Of a stretch of 64,000 nt of DNA, positions 29,431 to 44,600 are shown one piece after another; positions within the stretch are counted from its first letter, which is position 1, and each line of letters opens with the position of its first letter. Under the pieces are notes generated by a model. The model was not told the DNA's origin. It was given only the letters and a program-made list of their open reading frames with translations, and ran no database searches. Where the stretch lies: contig OZ024740.1 in assembly GCA_964016885.1 (NCBI GenBank), positions 415,772,001 through 415,836,000 of the forward strand. Direction: 5' to 3'. Position numbers and translations under genes: made by a program. The stretch comes from Eledone cirrhosa (lineage: Eukaryota).

Positions 29431-32400
29431 ATATATTGTGTATGGTGGTTGACAGTGAATCAGATATAGTGTGTAAGAGAGAACACTGTGGTTATGGACA
29501 TATGTTGTGTAAGGTGGTTGACAGTGAATCAGATATAGTGTGTAAGAGAGAACACTGTGGGTATGGACATATGTTGTGTAAGGTGGTTGACAGTGAATCA
29601 GATATAGTGTGTAAGAGAGAACACTGTGGGTATGGACATATGTTGTGTATGGGTGATGACAGTCAATCAGATATAGAGTGTAAGAGAGAACACTGTGGGT
29701 ATGGACATATGTTGTGTATGGGGGATGACAGTGAATCAGATATAGTGTGTAAGAGAGAACACTGTGGGTATGGACATATGTTGTGTATGGGGGATGACAG
29801 TGAATCAAATATAGTGTGTAAGAGAGAACACTGTGGGTATGGACATATGTTGTGTATGGGGGATGACAGTGAATCAGATATAGTGTGTAAGAGAGAACAC
29901 TGTGGGTATGGACATATGTTGTGTATGGGGGATGACAGTGAATCAGATATAGTGTGTAAGAGAGAACACTGTGGGTATGGACATATGTTGTTTATGGGGG
30001 ATGACAGTGAATCAGATATAGTGTGTAAGAGAGAACACTGTGGGTATGGACATATGTTGTGTATGGGGGAAGACAGTGAATCATATATAGAGTGTAAGAG
30101 AGAACACTGTGGGTATGGACATATGTTGTGTATGTAGGATGACAGTGAATCAGATATAGTGTGTAAGAGACAACACTGTGGGTATGGACATATGTTGTGT
30201 ATGGTGATTGACAGTGAATCAGATATAGTGTGTAAGAGAGAACACTGTGGCTATGGACATATGTTGTGTAAGGTGGTTGACAGTGAATCCGATATAGTGT
30301 GTAAGAGAGAACACTGTGGGTATGGACATATGTTGTGCCTGGTGGATGACAGTGAATCAGATATAGTGTGTAAGAGAGAACACTGTGGGTATGGACATAT
30401 GTTGTGTATGGGGGAAGACAGTGAATCAGATATAGAGTGTATGAGAGAACACTGTGGGTATGGACATATGTTGTTTATGGGGGAAGACAGTGAATCAGAT
30501 ATAGAGTGTAAGAGAGAACACTGTGGGTATGGACATATGTTGTGTATGGGGGATGACAGTGAATCAGATATAGTATGTAAGAGAGAAAACTGTGGGTATG
30601 GACATATGTTGTGTATGGGGGATGACAGTGAATCAGATATAGTGTGTAAGAGAGAACACTGTGGGTATTGACATATGTTTTGTATGGTGGTTGACAGTGA
30701 ATCAGATATAGTGTGTAAGAGAGAACACTGTGGGTATGGACATATGTTGTGTATGGGGGATGACAGTGAATCAGATATAGTGTGTAAGAGACAACACTGT
30801 GGGTATGGACATATATTGTGTATGGTGGTTGACAGTGAATCAGATATAGTGTGTAAGAGAGAACACTGTGGTTATGGACATATGTTGTGTAAGGTGGTTG
30901 ACAGTGAATCAGATATAGTGTGTAAGAGAGAACACTGTGGGTATGGACATATGTTGTGTAAGGTGGTTGACAGTGAATCAGATATAGTGTGTAAGAGAGA
31001 ACACTGTGGGTATGGACATATGTTGTGTATGGGTGATGACAGTCAATCAGATATAGAGTGTAAGAGAGAACACTGTGGGTATGGACATATGTTGTGTATG
31101 GGGGATGACAGTGAATCAGATATAGTGTGTAAGAGAGAACACTGTGGGTATGGACATATGTTGTGTATGGGGGATGACAGTGAATCAAATATAGTGTGTA
31201 AGAGAGAACACTGTGGGTATGGACATATGTTGTGTATGGGGGATGACAGTGAATCAGATATAGTGTGTAAGAGAGAACACTGTGGGTATGGACATATGTT
31301 GTGTATGGGGGAAGACAGTGAATCAGATATAGAGTGTATGAGAGAACACTGTGGGTATGGACATATGTTGTTTATGGGGGAAGACAGTGAATCAGATATA
31401 GAGTGTAAGAGAGAACACTGTGGGTATGGACTTATGTTGTGTATGGGGCATGGCAGTGAATCAGATATAGTGTGTAAGAGAGAACACTGTGGGTATGGAC
31501 ATATGTTGTGTATGGGGGATGACAGTGAATCAGATACAGTGTGTAAGAGAGAACACTGTGGGTATGGATATATGTTGTGTATGGGGGATGACAGTGAATC
31601 AGATATAGTGTGTAAGAGAGAACACTGTGGGTATGGACATATGTTGTGTATGGGGGATGACAGTGAATAAGATATACTGTGTAAGACAGAACACTGTGGG
31701 TATGGACATATGTTGTGTATGGGGGATGACAGTAAATCAGATATAGAGTGTAAGAGAGAACACTGTGGGTATGGACATATGTTGTGTATGGGGGATGACA
31801 GTAAATCAGATATAGTGTGTAAGAGAGAACACTGTGGGTATGGACATATGTTGTGTATGGGGGATGACAGTGAATCAGATATAGTGTGTAAGAGAGAACA
31901 CTGTGGGTATGGACATATGTTGTGTATGGAGGATGACAGTGAATCAGATATAGTGTGTAAGAGAGAACACTGTGGGTATGGACATATGTTGTGTATGGGG
32001 GATGACAGTGAATCAGATATAGTGTGTAAGAGAGAACACTGTGGGTATGGACATATGTTGTGTATGGGGGATGACAGTGAATCAGATATAGTGTGTAAGA
32101 GAGAACACTGTGGGTATGGACATATGTTGTGTATGGGGGATGACATTGAATCAGATATAGTGTGTATGAGAGAACACTGTGGGTATGGACATATGTTGTG
32201 TATCGGGGAAGACAGTGAATAAGATATAGAGTGTAAGAGAGAACACTGTGGGTATGGACATATTTTGTGTATGGGGGAAGACAGTGAATCAGATATAGTG
32301 TGTATGAGAGAACACTGTGGGTATGGACATATGTTGTGTATGGGGGATGACAGTGAATCAGATATAGTGTGTATGAGAGAACACTGTGGGTATGGACATA

Positions 32401-33589
32401 TGTTGTGTATGGGGGAAGACAGTAAATCAGATATAGAGTGTAAGAGAGAACACTGTGTGTATGGACATATGTTGTGTATGGGTGATGACAGTGAATCAGA
32501 TATAGTGTGTATGAGAGAACACTGTGGGTATGGACATATGTTGTGTATGGGGGATGACAGTGAATCAGATATAGTGTGTATGAGAGAACACTGTGGGTAT
32601 GGACATATGTTGTGTATGTGGGATGACAGTGAATCAGATATAGTGTGTAAGAGAGAACACTGTGGGTATGGACATATGTTGTGTATAGGGGATGACAGTG
32701 AATATGATATAGTGTGTAAGAGAGAACACTGTGGGTATGGACATATGTTGTGTATGGGGGATGACAGTGTATCAGATATAGTGTGTAAGAGAGAACACTG
32801 TGGGTATGGACATATGTTGTGTATGGGGGAAGACAGTGAATCAGATATAGTGTGTAAGAGAGAACACTGTGGGTATGGTCATATTTTGTGTATGGGGGAT
32901 GACAGTGAATCAGATATAGTATGTAAGAGAGAACACTGTGGGTATGGACATATGTTGTGTATGGGGGATGACAGTGAATCAGATATAGTGTGTAAGAGAG
33001 AACACTGTGGGTATGGACATATGTTGTGTATGGGGGATGACAGTGAATCAGATATAGTGTGTAAGAGAGAACACTGTGGGTATGGACATATGTTGTGTAT
33101 AGGGGATGACAGTGAATCAGATATAGTGTGTAAGAGAGAACACTGTGGGTATGGACATATGTTGTGTATGGTGGTTGACAGTGAATCAGATATAGTGTGT
33201 AAGAGAGAACACTGTGGGTATGGACATATGTTGTGTAAGGTGGTTGACAGTGAATCAGATATAGTGTGTAAGAGAGAACACTGTGGGTATGGACATATGT
33301 TGTGTATGGGTGATGACAGTCAATCAGATATAGAGTGTAAGAGAGAACAATGTGGGTATGGACATATGTTGTGTATGTGGGATGACAGTGAATCAGATAT
33401 AGTGTGTATGAGAGAACACTGTGGGTATGGACATATGTTGTGTATGGGGGATGACAGTGAATCAGATATAGTGTGTATGAGAGAACACTGTGGGTATGGA
33501 CATATGTTGTGTATGTGGGATGACAGTGAATCAGATATAGTGTGTAAGAGAGAACACTGTGGGTATGGACATATGTTGTGTATAGGGGA

Positions 33590-36500
33590 TGACAGTGAAT
33601 ATGATATAGTGTGTAAGAGAGAACACTGTGGGTATGGACATATGTTGTGTATGGGGGATGACAGTGTATCAGATATAGTGTGTAAGAGAGAACACTGTGG
33701 GTATGGACATATGTTGTGTATGGGGGAAGACAGTGAATCAGATATAGTGTGTAAGAGAGAACACTGTGGGTATGGTCATATTTTGTGTATGGGGGATGAC
33801 AGTGAATCAGATATAGTATGTAAGAGAGAACACTGTGGGTATGGACATATGTTGTGTATGGGGGATGACAGTGAATCAGATATAGTGTGTAAGAGAGAAC
33901 ACTGTGGGTATGGACATATGTTGTGTATGGGGGATGACAGTGAATCAGATATAGTGTGTAAGAGAGAACACTGTGGGTATGGACATATGTTGTGTATGGG
34001 GGAAGACAGTAAATCAGATATAGAGTGTAAGAGAGAACACTGTGGGTATGGACATATGTTGTGTATGGGGGATGACAGTGAATCAGATATAGTATGTAAG
34101 AGAGAACACTGTGGGTATGGACATATGTTGTGTATGGGGGATGACAGTGAATCAGATATAGTGTGTAAGAGAGAACACTGTGGGTATGGACATATGTTGT
34201 GTATGGTGGTTGACAGTGAATCAGATATAGTGTGTAAGAGAGAACACTGTGGGTATGGACATATGTTGTGTATGGGGGATGACAGTGAATCAGATATAGT
34301 GTGTAAGAGACAACACTGTGGGTATGGACATATGTTGTGTATGGTGGTTGACAGTGAATCAGATATAGTGTGTAAGAGAGAACACTGTGGTTATGGACAT
34401 ATGTTGTGTAAGGTGGTTGACAGTGAATCAGATATAGTGTGTAAGAGAGAACAATGTGGGTATGGACATATGTTGTGTAAGGTGGTTGACAGTGAATCAA
34501 ATATAGTGTGTAAGAGAGAACACTGTGGGTATGGACATATGTTGTGTATGGGGGATGACTGTGAATCAGATATAGTGTGTAAGAGAGAACACTGTGGGTA
34601 TGGACATATGTTGTGTATGGTGGTTGACAGTGAATCAGATATAGTGTGTAAGAGAGAACACTCTGGGTATGGACATATGTTGTGTAAGGTGGTTGACAGT
34701 GAATCAGATATAGTGTGTAAGAGAGAACACTGTGGGTATGGACATATGTTGTCTATGGGTGATGACAGTCAATCAGATATAGAGTGTAAGAGAGAACACT
34801 GTGGGTATGGACATATGTTGTGTATGGGGGATGACAGTGAATCAGATATAGTGTGTAAGAGAGAACACTGTGGGTATGGACATATGTTGTGTATGGGGGA
34901 TGACAGTGAATCAAATATAGTGTGTAAGAGAGAACACTGTGGGTATGGACATATGTTGTGTATGGGGGATGACAGTGAATCAGATATAGTGTGTAAGAGA
35001 GAACACTGTGGGTATGGACATATGTTGTGTATGGGGCATGACAGTGAATCAGATATAGTGTGTAAGAGAGAACACTGTGGGTATGGACATATGTTGTGTA
35101 TGGGGGAAGACAGTGAATCATATATAGAGTGTAAGAGAGAACACTGTGGGTATGGACATATGTTGTGTATGGGGGATGACAGTGAATCAGATATAGTATG
35201 TAAGAGAGAATACTGTGGGTATGGACATATGTTGTGTATGGGGGATGACAGTGAATCAGATATAGTGTGTAAGAGAGAACATTGTGGGTATGGACATATG
35301 TTGTGTATGGTGGTTGACAGTGAATCAGATATAGTGTGTAAGAGAGAACACTGTGGGTATGGACATATGTTGTGTATGGAGGATGACAGTGAATCAGATA
35401 TAGTGTGTAAGAGACAACACTGTGGGTATGGACATATGTTGTGTATGGTGATTGACAGTGAATCAGATATAGTGTGTAAGAGAGAACACTGTGGCTATGG
35501 ACATATGTTGTGTAAGGTGGTTGACAGTGAATCCGATATAGTGTGTAAGAGAGAACACTGTGGGTATGGACATATTTTGTGTATGGGGGAAGACAGTGAA
35601 TCAGATATAGAGTGTAAGAGAGAACACTGTGGGTATGGACATATGTTGTGTATGGGGGATGACAGTGAATCAGATACAGTGTGTAAGAGAGAACACTGTG
35701 GGTATGGATATATGTTGTGTATGGGGGATGACAGTGAATCAGATATAGTGTGTAAGAGAGAACACTGTGGGTATGAACATATGTTGTGTATGGGGGATGA
35801 CAGTGAATAAGATATAGTGTGTAAGACAGAACACTGTGGGTATGGACATATGTTGTGTATGGGGGATGACAGTAAATCAGATATAGTGTCTAAGAGAGAA
35901 CACTGTGGGTATGGACATATGTTGTGTATGGGGGATGACAGTGAATCAGATATAGTGTGTAAGAGAGAACACTGTGGGTATGGACATATGTTGTGTATGG
36001 GGGATGACAGTGAATCAGATATAGTGTGTAAGAGAGAACACTGTGGGTATGGACATATGTTGTGTATGGGGGATGACAGTGAATCAGATATAGTGTGTAA
36101 GAGAGAACACTGTGGGTATGGACATATGTTGTGTATGGGGGATGACAGTGAATCAGATATAGTGTGTAAGAGAGAACACTGTGGGTATGGACATATGTTG
36201 TGTATGGGGGATGACATTGAATCAGATATAGTGTGTATGAGAGAACACTGTGGGTATGGACATATGTTGTGTATCGGGGAAGACAGTGAATCAGATATAG
36301 AGTGTAAGAGAGAACACTGTGGGTATGGACATATGTTGTGTATGGGGGAAGACAGTGAATCAGATATAGTGTGTAAGAGAGAACACTGTGGGTATGGTCA
36401 TATTTTGTGTATGGGGGATGACAGTGAATCAGATATAGTATGTAAGAGAGAACACTGTGGGTATGGACATATGTTGTGTATGGGGGATGACAGTGAATCA

Positions 36501-39500
36501 GATATAGTGTGTAAGAGAGAACACTGTGGGTATGGACATATGTTGTGTATGGGGGATGACAGTGAATCAGATATAGTGTGTAAGAGAGAACACTGTGGGT
36601 ATGGACATATGTTGTGTATGGGGGATGACAGTGAATATGATATAGTGTGTAAGAGAGAACACTGTGGGTATGGACATATGTTGTGTATGGGGGATGACAG
36701 TGTATCAGATATAGTGTGTAAGAGAGAACACTGTGGGTATGGACATATGTTGTGTATGGGGGAAGACAGTGAATCAGATATAGTGTGTAAGAGAGAACAC
36801 TGTGGGTATGGTCATATTTTGTGTATGGGGGATGACAGTGAATCAGATATAGTATGTAAGAGAGAACACTGTGGGTATGGACATATGTTGTGTATGGGGG
36901 ATGACAGTGAATCAGATATAGTGTGTAAGAGAGAACACTGTGGGTATGGACATATGTTGTGTATGGGGGATGACAGTGAATCAGATATAGTGTGTAAGAG
37001 AGAACACTGTGGGTATGGACATATGTTGTGTATGGGGGAAGACAGTAAATCAGATATAGAGTGTAAGAGAGAACACTGTGGGTATGGACATATGTTGTGT
37101 ATGGGGGATGACAGTGAATCAGATATAGTATGTAAGAGAGAACACTGTGGGTATGGACATATGTTGTGTATGGGGGATGACAGTGAATCAGATATAGTGT
37201 GTAAGAGAGAACACTGTGGGTATGGACATATGTTGTGTATGGTGGTTGACAGTGAATCAGATATAGTGTGTAAGAGAGAACACTGTGGGTATGGACATAT
37301 GTTGTGTATGGGGGATGACAGTGAATCAGATATAGTGTGTAAGAGACAACACTGTGGGTATGGACATATGTTGTGTATGGTGGTTGACAGTGAATCAGAT
37401 ATAGTGTGTAAGAGAGAACACTGTGGTTATGGACATATGTTGTGTAAGGTGGTTGACAGTGAATCAGATATAGTGTGTAAGAGAGAACAATGTGGGTATG
37501 GACATATGTTGTGTAAGGTGGTTGACAGTGAATCAAATATAGTGTGTAAGAGAGAACACTGTGGGTATGGACATATGTTGTGTATGGGGGATGACTGTGA
37601 ATCAGATATAGTGTGTAAGAGAGAACACTGTGGGTATGGACATATGTTGTGTATGGTGGTTGACAGTGAATCAGATATAGTGTGTAAGAGAGAACACTCT
37701 GGGTATGGACATATGTTGTGTAAGGTGGTTGACAGTGAATCAGATATAGTGTGTAAGAGAGAACACTGTGGGTATGGACATATGTTGTCTATGGGTGATG
37801 ACAGTCAATCAGATATAGAGTGTAAGAGAGAACACTGTGGGTATGGACATATGTTGTGTATGGGGGATGACAGTGAATCAGATATAGTGTGTAAGAGAGA
37901 ACACTGTGGGTATGGACATATGTTGTGTATGGGGGATGACAGTGAATCAAATATAGTGTGTAAGAGAGAACACTGTGGGTATGGACATATGTTGTGTATG
38001 GGGGATGACAGTGAATCAGATATAGTGTGTAAGAGAGAACACTGTGGGTATGGACATATGTTGTGTATGGGGCATGACAGTGAATCAGATATAGTGTGTA
38101 AGAGAGAACACTGTGGGTATGGACATATGTTGTGTATGGGGGAAGACAGTGAATCATATATAGAGTGTAAGAGAGAACACTGTGGGTATGGACATATGTT
38201 GTGTATGGGGGATGACAGTGAATCAGATATAGTATGTAAGAGAGAATACTGTGGGTATGGACATATGTTGTGTATGGGGGATGACAGTGAATCAGATATA
38301 GTGTGTAAGAGAGAACATTGTGGGTATGGACATATGTTGTGTATGGTGGTTGACAGTGAATCAGATATAGTGTGTAAGAGAGAACACTGTGGGTATGGAC
38401 ATATGTTGTGTATGGAGGATGACAGTGAATCAGATATAGTGTGTAAGAGACAACACTGTGGGTATGGACATATGTTGTGTATGGTGATTGACAGTGAATC
38501 AGATATAGTGTGTAAGAGAGAACACTGTGGCTATGGACATATGTTGTGTAAGGTGGTTGACAGTGAATCCGATATAGTGTGTAAGAGAGAACACTGTGGG
38601 TATGGACATATTTTGTGTATGGGGGAAGACAGTGAATCAGATATAGAGTGTAAGAGAGAACACTGTGGGTATGGACATATGTTGTGTATGGGGGATGACA
38701 GTGAATCAGATACAGTGTGTAAGAGAGAACACTGTGGGTATGGATATATGTTGTGTATGGGGGATGACAGTGAATCAGATATAGTGTGTAAGAGAGAACA
38801 CTGTGGGTATGAACATATGTTGTGTATGGGGGATGACAGTGAATAAGATATAGTGTGTAAGACAGAACACTGTGGGTATGGACATATGTTGTGTATGGGG
38901 GATGACAGTAAATCAGATATAGTGTCTAAGAGAGAACACTGTGGGTATGGACATATGTTGTGTATGGGGGATGACAGTGAATCAGATATAGTGTGTAAGA
39001 GAGAACACTGTGGGTATGGACATATGTTGTGTATGGGGGATGACAGTGAATCAGATATAGTGTGTAAGAGAGAACACTGTGGGTATGGACATATGTTGTG
39101 TATGGGGGATGACAGTGAATCAGATATAGTGTGTAAGAGAGAACACTGTGGGTATGGACATATGTTGTGTATGGGGGATGACAGTGAATCAGATATAGTG
39201 TGTAAGAGAGAACACTGTGGGTATGGACATATGTTGTGTATGGGGGATGACATTGAATCAGATATAGTGTGTATGAGAGAACACTGTGGGTATGGACATA
39301 TGTTGTGTATCGGGGAAGACAGTGAATCAGATATAGAGTGTAAGAGAGAACACTGTGGGTATGGACATATGTTGTGTATGGGGGAAGACAGTGAATCAGA
39401 TATAGTGTGTAAGAGAGAACACTGTGGGTATGGTCATATTTTGTGTATGGGGGATGACAGTGAATCAGATATAGTATGTAAGAGAGAACACTGTGGGTAT

Positions 39501-41640
39501 GGACATATGTTGTGTATGGGGGATGACAGTGAATCAGATATAGTGTGTAAGAGAGAACACTGTGGGTATGGACATATGTTGTGTATGGGGGATGACAGTG
39601 AATCAGATATAGTGTGTAAGAGAGAACACTGTGGGTATGGACATATGTTGTGTATGGGGGAAGACAGTGAATCAGATATAGAGTGTAAGAGAGAACACTG
39701 TGGGTATGGACATATGTTGTGTATGGGGGATGACAGTGAATCAGATATAGTATGTAAGAGAGAACACTGTGGGTATGGACATATGTTGTGTATGGGGGAT
39801 GACAGTGAATCAGATATAGTGTGTAAGAGAGAACACTGTGGGTATGGACATATGTTGTGTATGGTGGTTGACAGTGAATCAGATATAGTGTGTAAGAGAG
39901 AACACTGTGGGTATGGACATATGTTGTGTATGGGGGTTGACAGTGAATCAGATATAGTGTGTAAGAGAGAACACTGTGGGTATGGACATATGTTGTGTAT
40001 GGGGGTTGACAGTGAATCAGATATAGTGTGTAAGAGACAACACTGTGGGTATGGACATATGTTGTGTATGGTGATTGACAGTGAATCAGATATAGTGTGT
40101 AAGAGAGAACACTGTGGGTATGGTCATATTTTGTGTATGGGGGATGACAGTGAATCAGATATAGTATGTAAGAGAGAACACTGTGGGTATGGACATATGT
40201 TGTGTATGGGGGAAGACAGTGAATCATATATAGAGTGTAAGAGAGAACACTGTGGGTATGGACATATGTTGTGTATGGGGGATGACAGTGAATCAGATAT
40301 AGTATGTAAGAGAGAATACTGTGGGTATGGACATATGTTGTGTATGGGGGATGACAGTGAATCAGATATAGTGTGTAAGAGAGAACATTGTGGGTATGGA
40401 CATATGTTGTGTATGGTGGTTGACAGTGAATCAGATATAGTGTGTAAGAGAGAACACTGTGGGTATGGACATATGTTGTGTATGGAGGATGACAGTGAAT
40501 CAGATATAGTGTGTAAGAGACAACACTGTGGGTATGGACATATGTTGTGTATGGTGATTGACAGTGAATCAGATATAGTGTGTAAGAGAGAACACTGTGG
40601 CTATGGACATATGTTGTGTAAGGTGGTTGACAGTGAATCCGATATAGTGTGTAAGAGAGAACACTGTGGGTATGGACATATTTTGTGTATGGGGGAAGAC
40701 AGTGAATCAGATATAGAGTGTAAGAGAGAACACTGTGGGTATGGACATATGTTGTGTATGGGGGATGACAGTGAATCAGATACAGTGTGTAAGAGAGAAC
40801 ACTGTGGGTATGGATATATGTTGTGTATGGGGGATGACAGTGAATCAGATATAGTGTGTAAGAGAGAACACTGTGGGTATGAACATATGTTGTGTATGGG
40901 GGATGACAGTGAATAAGATATAGTGTGTAAGACAGAACACTGTGGGTATGGACATATGTTGTGTATGGGGGATGACAGTAAATCAGATATAGTGTCTAAG
41001 AGAGAACACTGTGGGTATGGACATATGTTGTGTATGGGGGATGACAGTGAATCAGATATAGTGTGTAAGAGAGAACACTGTGGGTATGGACATATGTTGT
41101 GTATGGGGGATGACAGTGAATCAGATATAGTGTGTAAGAGAGAACACTGTGGGTATGGACATATGTTGTGTATGGGGGATGACAGTGAATCAGATATAGT
41201 GTGTAAGAGAGAACACTGTGGGTATGGACATATGTTGTGTATGGGGGATGACATTGAATCAGATATAGTGTGTATGAGAGAACACTGTGGGTATGGACAT
41301 ATGTTGTGTATCGGGGAAGACAGTGAATCAGATATAGAGTGTAAGAGAGAACACTGTGGGTATGGACATATGTTGTGTATGGGGGAAGACAGTGAATCAG
41401 ATATAGTGTGTAAGAGAGAACACTGTGGGTATGGTCATATTTTGTGTATGGGGGATGACAGTGAATCAGATATAGTATGTAAGAGAGAACACTGTGGGTA
41501 TGGACATATGTTGTGTATGGGGGATGACAGTGAATCAGATATAGTGTGTAAGAGAGAACACTGTGGGTATGGACATATGTTGTGTATGGGGGATGACAGT
41601 GAATCAGATATAGTGTGTAAGAGAGAACACTGTGGGTATG
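33590..41640 (+). repeat. Higher-order duplications with periods 3036 (44 monomers) and 2070 (30 monomers); boundaries approximate
   Basis: ORFs 34753/37789 and 35817/38853/40923 recur. The rare variants GACTGT, CACTCT and TTGTCT recur at the 3036 offset; GTGTCTAAG and CATTGT recur at both offsets. Confidence 0.85.
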
Positions 41641-44600
41641 GACATATGTTGTGTATGGGGGAAGACAGTGAATCAGATATAGAGTGTAAGAGAGAACACT
41701 GTGGGTATGGACATATGTTGTGTATGGGGGATGACAGTGAATCAGATATAGTATGTAAGAGAGAACACTGTGGGTATGGACATATGTTGTGTATGGGGGA
41801 TGACAGTGAATCAGATATAGTGTGTAAGAGAGAACACTGTGGGTATGGACATACGTTGTGTATGGTGGTTGACAGTGAATCAGATATAGTGTGTAAGAGA
41901 GAACACTGTGGGTATGGACATATGTTGTGTATGGGGGTTGACAGTGAATCAGATATAGTGTGTAAGAGAGAACACTGTGGGTATGGACATATGTTGTGTA
42001 TGGGGGTTGACAGTGAATCAGATATAGTGTGTAAGAGACAACACTGTGGGTATGGACATATGTTGTGTATGGTGATTGACAGTGAATCAGATATAGTGTG
42101 TAAGAGAGAACACTGTGGGTATGGTCATATTTTGTGTATGGGGGATGACAGTGAATCAGATATAGTATGTAAGAGAGAACACTGTGGGTATGGACATATG
42201 TTGTGTATGGGGGATGACAGTGAATCAGATATAGTGTGTAAGAGAGAACACTGTGGGTATGGACATATGTTGTGTATGGGGGATGACAGTGAATCAGATA
42301 TAGTGTGTAAGAGAGAACACTGTGGGTATGGACATATGTTGTGTATGGGGGAAGACAGTGAATCAGATATAGAGTGTAAGAGAGAACACTGTGGGTATGG
42401 ACATATGTTGTGTATGGGGGATGACAGTGAATCAGATATAGTATGTAAGAGAGAACACTGTGGGTATGGACATATGTTGTGTATGGGGGATGACAGTGAA
42501 TCAGATATAGTGTGTAAGAGAGAACACTGTGGGTATGGACATATGTTGTGTATGGTGGTTGACAGTGAATCAGATATAGTGTGTAAGAGAGAACACTGTG
42601 GGTATGGACATATGTTGTGTATGGTGGTTGACAGTGAATCAGATATAGTGTGTAAGAGAGAACACTGTGGGTATGGACATATGTTGTGTATGGGGGTTGA
42701 CAGTGAATCAGATATAGTGTGTAAGAGACAACACTGTGGGTATGGACATATGTTGTGTATGGTGATTGACAGTGAATCAGATATAGTGTGTAAGAGAGAA
42801 CACTGTGGCTATGGACATATGTTGTGTAAGGTGGTTGACAGTGAATCCGATATAGTGTGTAAGAGAGAACACTGTGGGTATGGACATATGTTGTGTATGG
42901 GGGAAGACAGTGAATCAGATATAGAGTGTATGAGAGAACACTGTGGGTATGGACATATTTTGTGTATGGGGGAAGACAGTGAATCAGATATAGAGTGTAA
43001 GAGAGAACACTGTGGGTATGGACATATGTTGTGTATGGGGCATGGCAGTGAATCAGATATAGTGTGTAAGAGAGAACACTGTGGGTATGGACATATGTTG
43101 TGTATGGGGGATGACAGTGAATCAGATACAGTGTGTAAGAGAGAACACTGTGGGTATGGATATATGTTGTGTATGGGGGATGACAGTGAATCAGATATAG
43201 TGTGTAAGAGAGAACACTGTGGGTATGGACATATGTTGTGTATGGGGGATGACAGTGAATAAGATATAGTGTGTAAGACAGAACACTGTGGGTATGGACA
43301 TATGTTGTGTATGGGGGATGACAGTAAATCAGATATAGTGTGTAAGAGAGAACACTGTGGGTATGGACATATGTTGTGTATGGGGGATGACAGTGAATCA
43401 GATATAGTGTGTAAGAGAGAACACTGTGGGTATGGACATATGTTGTGTATGGTGGTTGACAGTGAATCAGATATAGTGTGTAAGAGAGAACACTGTGGGT
43501 ATGGACATATGTTGTGTATGGTGGTTGACAGTGAATCAGATATAGTGTGTAAGAGAGAACACTGTGGGTATGGACATATGTTGTGTATGGGGGTTGACAG
43601 TGAATCAGATATAGTGTGTAAGAGACAACACTGTGGGTATGGACATATGTTGTGTATGGTGATTGACAGTGAATCAGATATAGTGTGTAAGAGAGAACAC
43701 TGTGGCTATGGACATATGTTGTGTAAGGTGGTTGACAGTGAATCCGATATAGTGTGTAAGAGAGAACACTGTGGGTATGGACATATGTTGTGTATGGGGG
43801 AAGACAGTGAATCAGATATAGAGTGTATGAGAGAACACTGTGGGTATGGACATATTTTGTGTATGGGGGAAGACAGTGAATCAGATATAGAGTGTAAGAG
43901 AGAACACTGTGGGTATGGACATATGTTGTGTATGGGGCATGGCAGTGAATCAGATATAGTGTGTAAGAGAGAACACTGTGGGTATGGACATATGTTGTGT
44001 ATGGGGGATGACAGTGAATCAGATACAGTGTGTAAGAGAGAACACTGTGGGTATGGATATATGTTGTGTATGGGGGATGACAGTGAATCAGATATAGTGT
44101 GTAAGAGAGAACACTGTGGGTATGGACATATGTTGTGTATGGGGGATGACAGTGAATAAGATATAGTGTGTAAGACAGAACACTGTGGGTATGGACATAT
44201 GTTGTGTATGGGGGATGACAGTAAATCAGATATAGTGTGTAAGAGAGAACACTGTGGGTATGGACATATGTTGTGTATGGGGGATGACAGTGAATCAGAT
44301 ATAGTGTGTAAGAGAGAACACTGTGGGTATGGACATATGTTGTGTATGGGGGATGACAGTGAATCAGATATAGTGTGTAAGAGAGAACACTGTGGGTATG
44401 GACATATGTTGTGTATGGGGGATGACAGTGAATCAGATATAGTGTGTAAGAGAGAACACTGTGGGTATGGACATATGTTGTGTATGGGGGATGACAGTGA
44501 ATCAGATATAGTGTGTAAGAGAGAACACTGTGGGTATGGACATATGTTGTGTATAGGGGATGACAGTGAATATGATATAGAGTGTAAGAGAGAACACTGT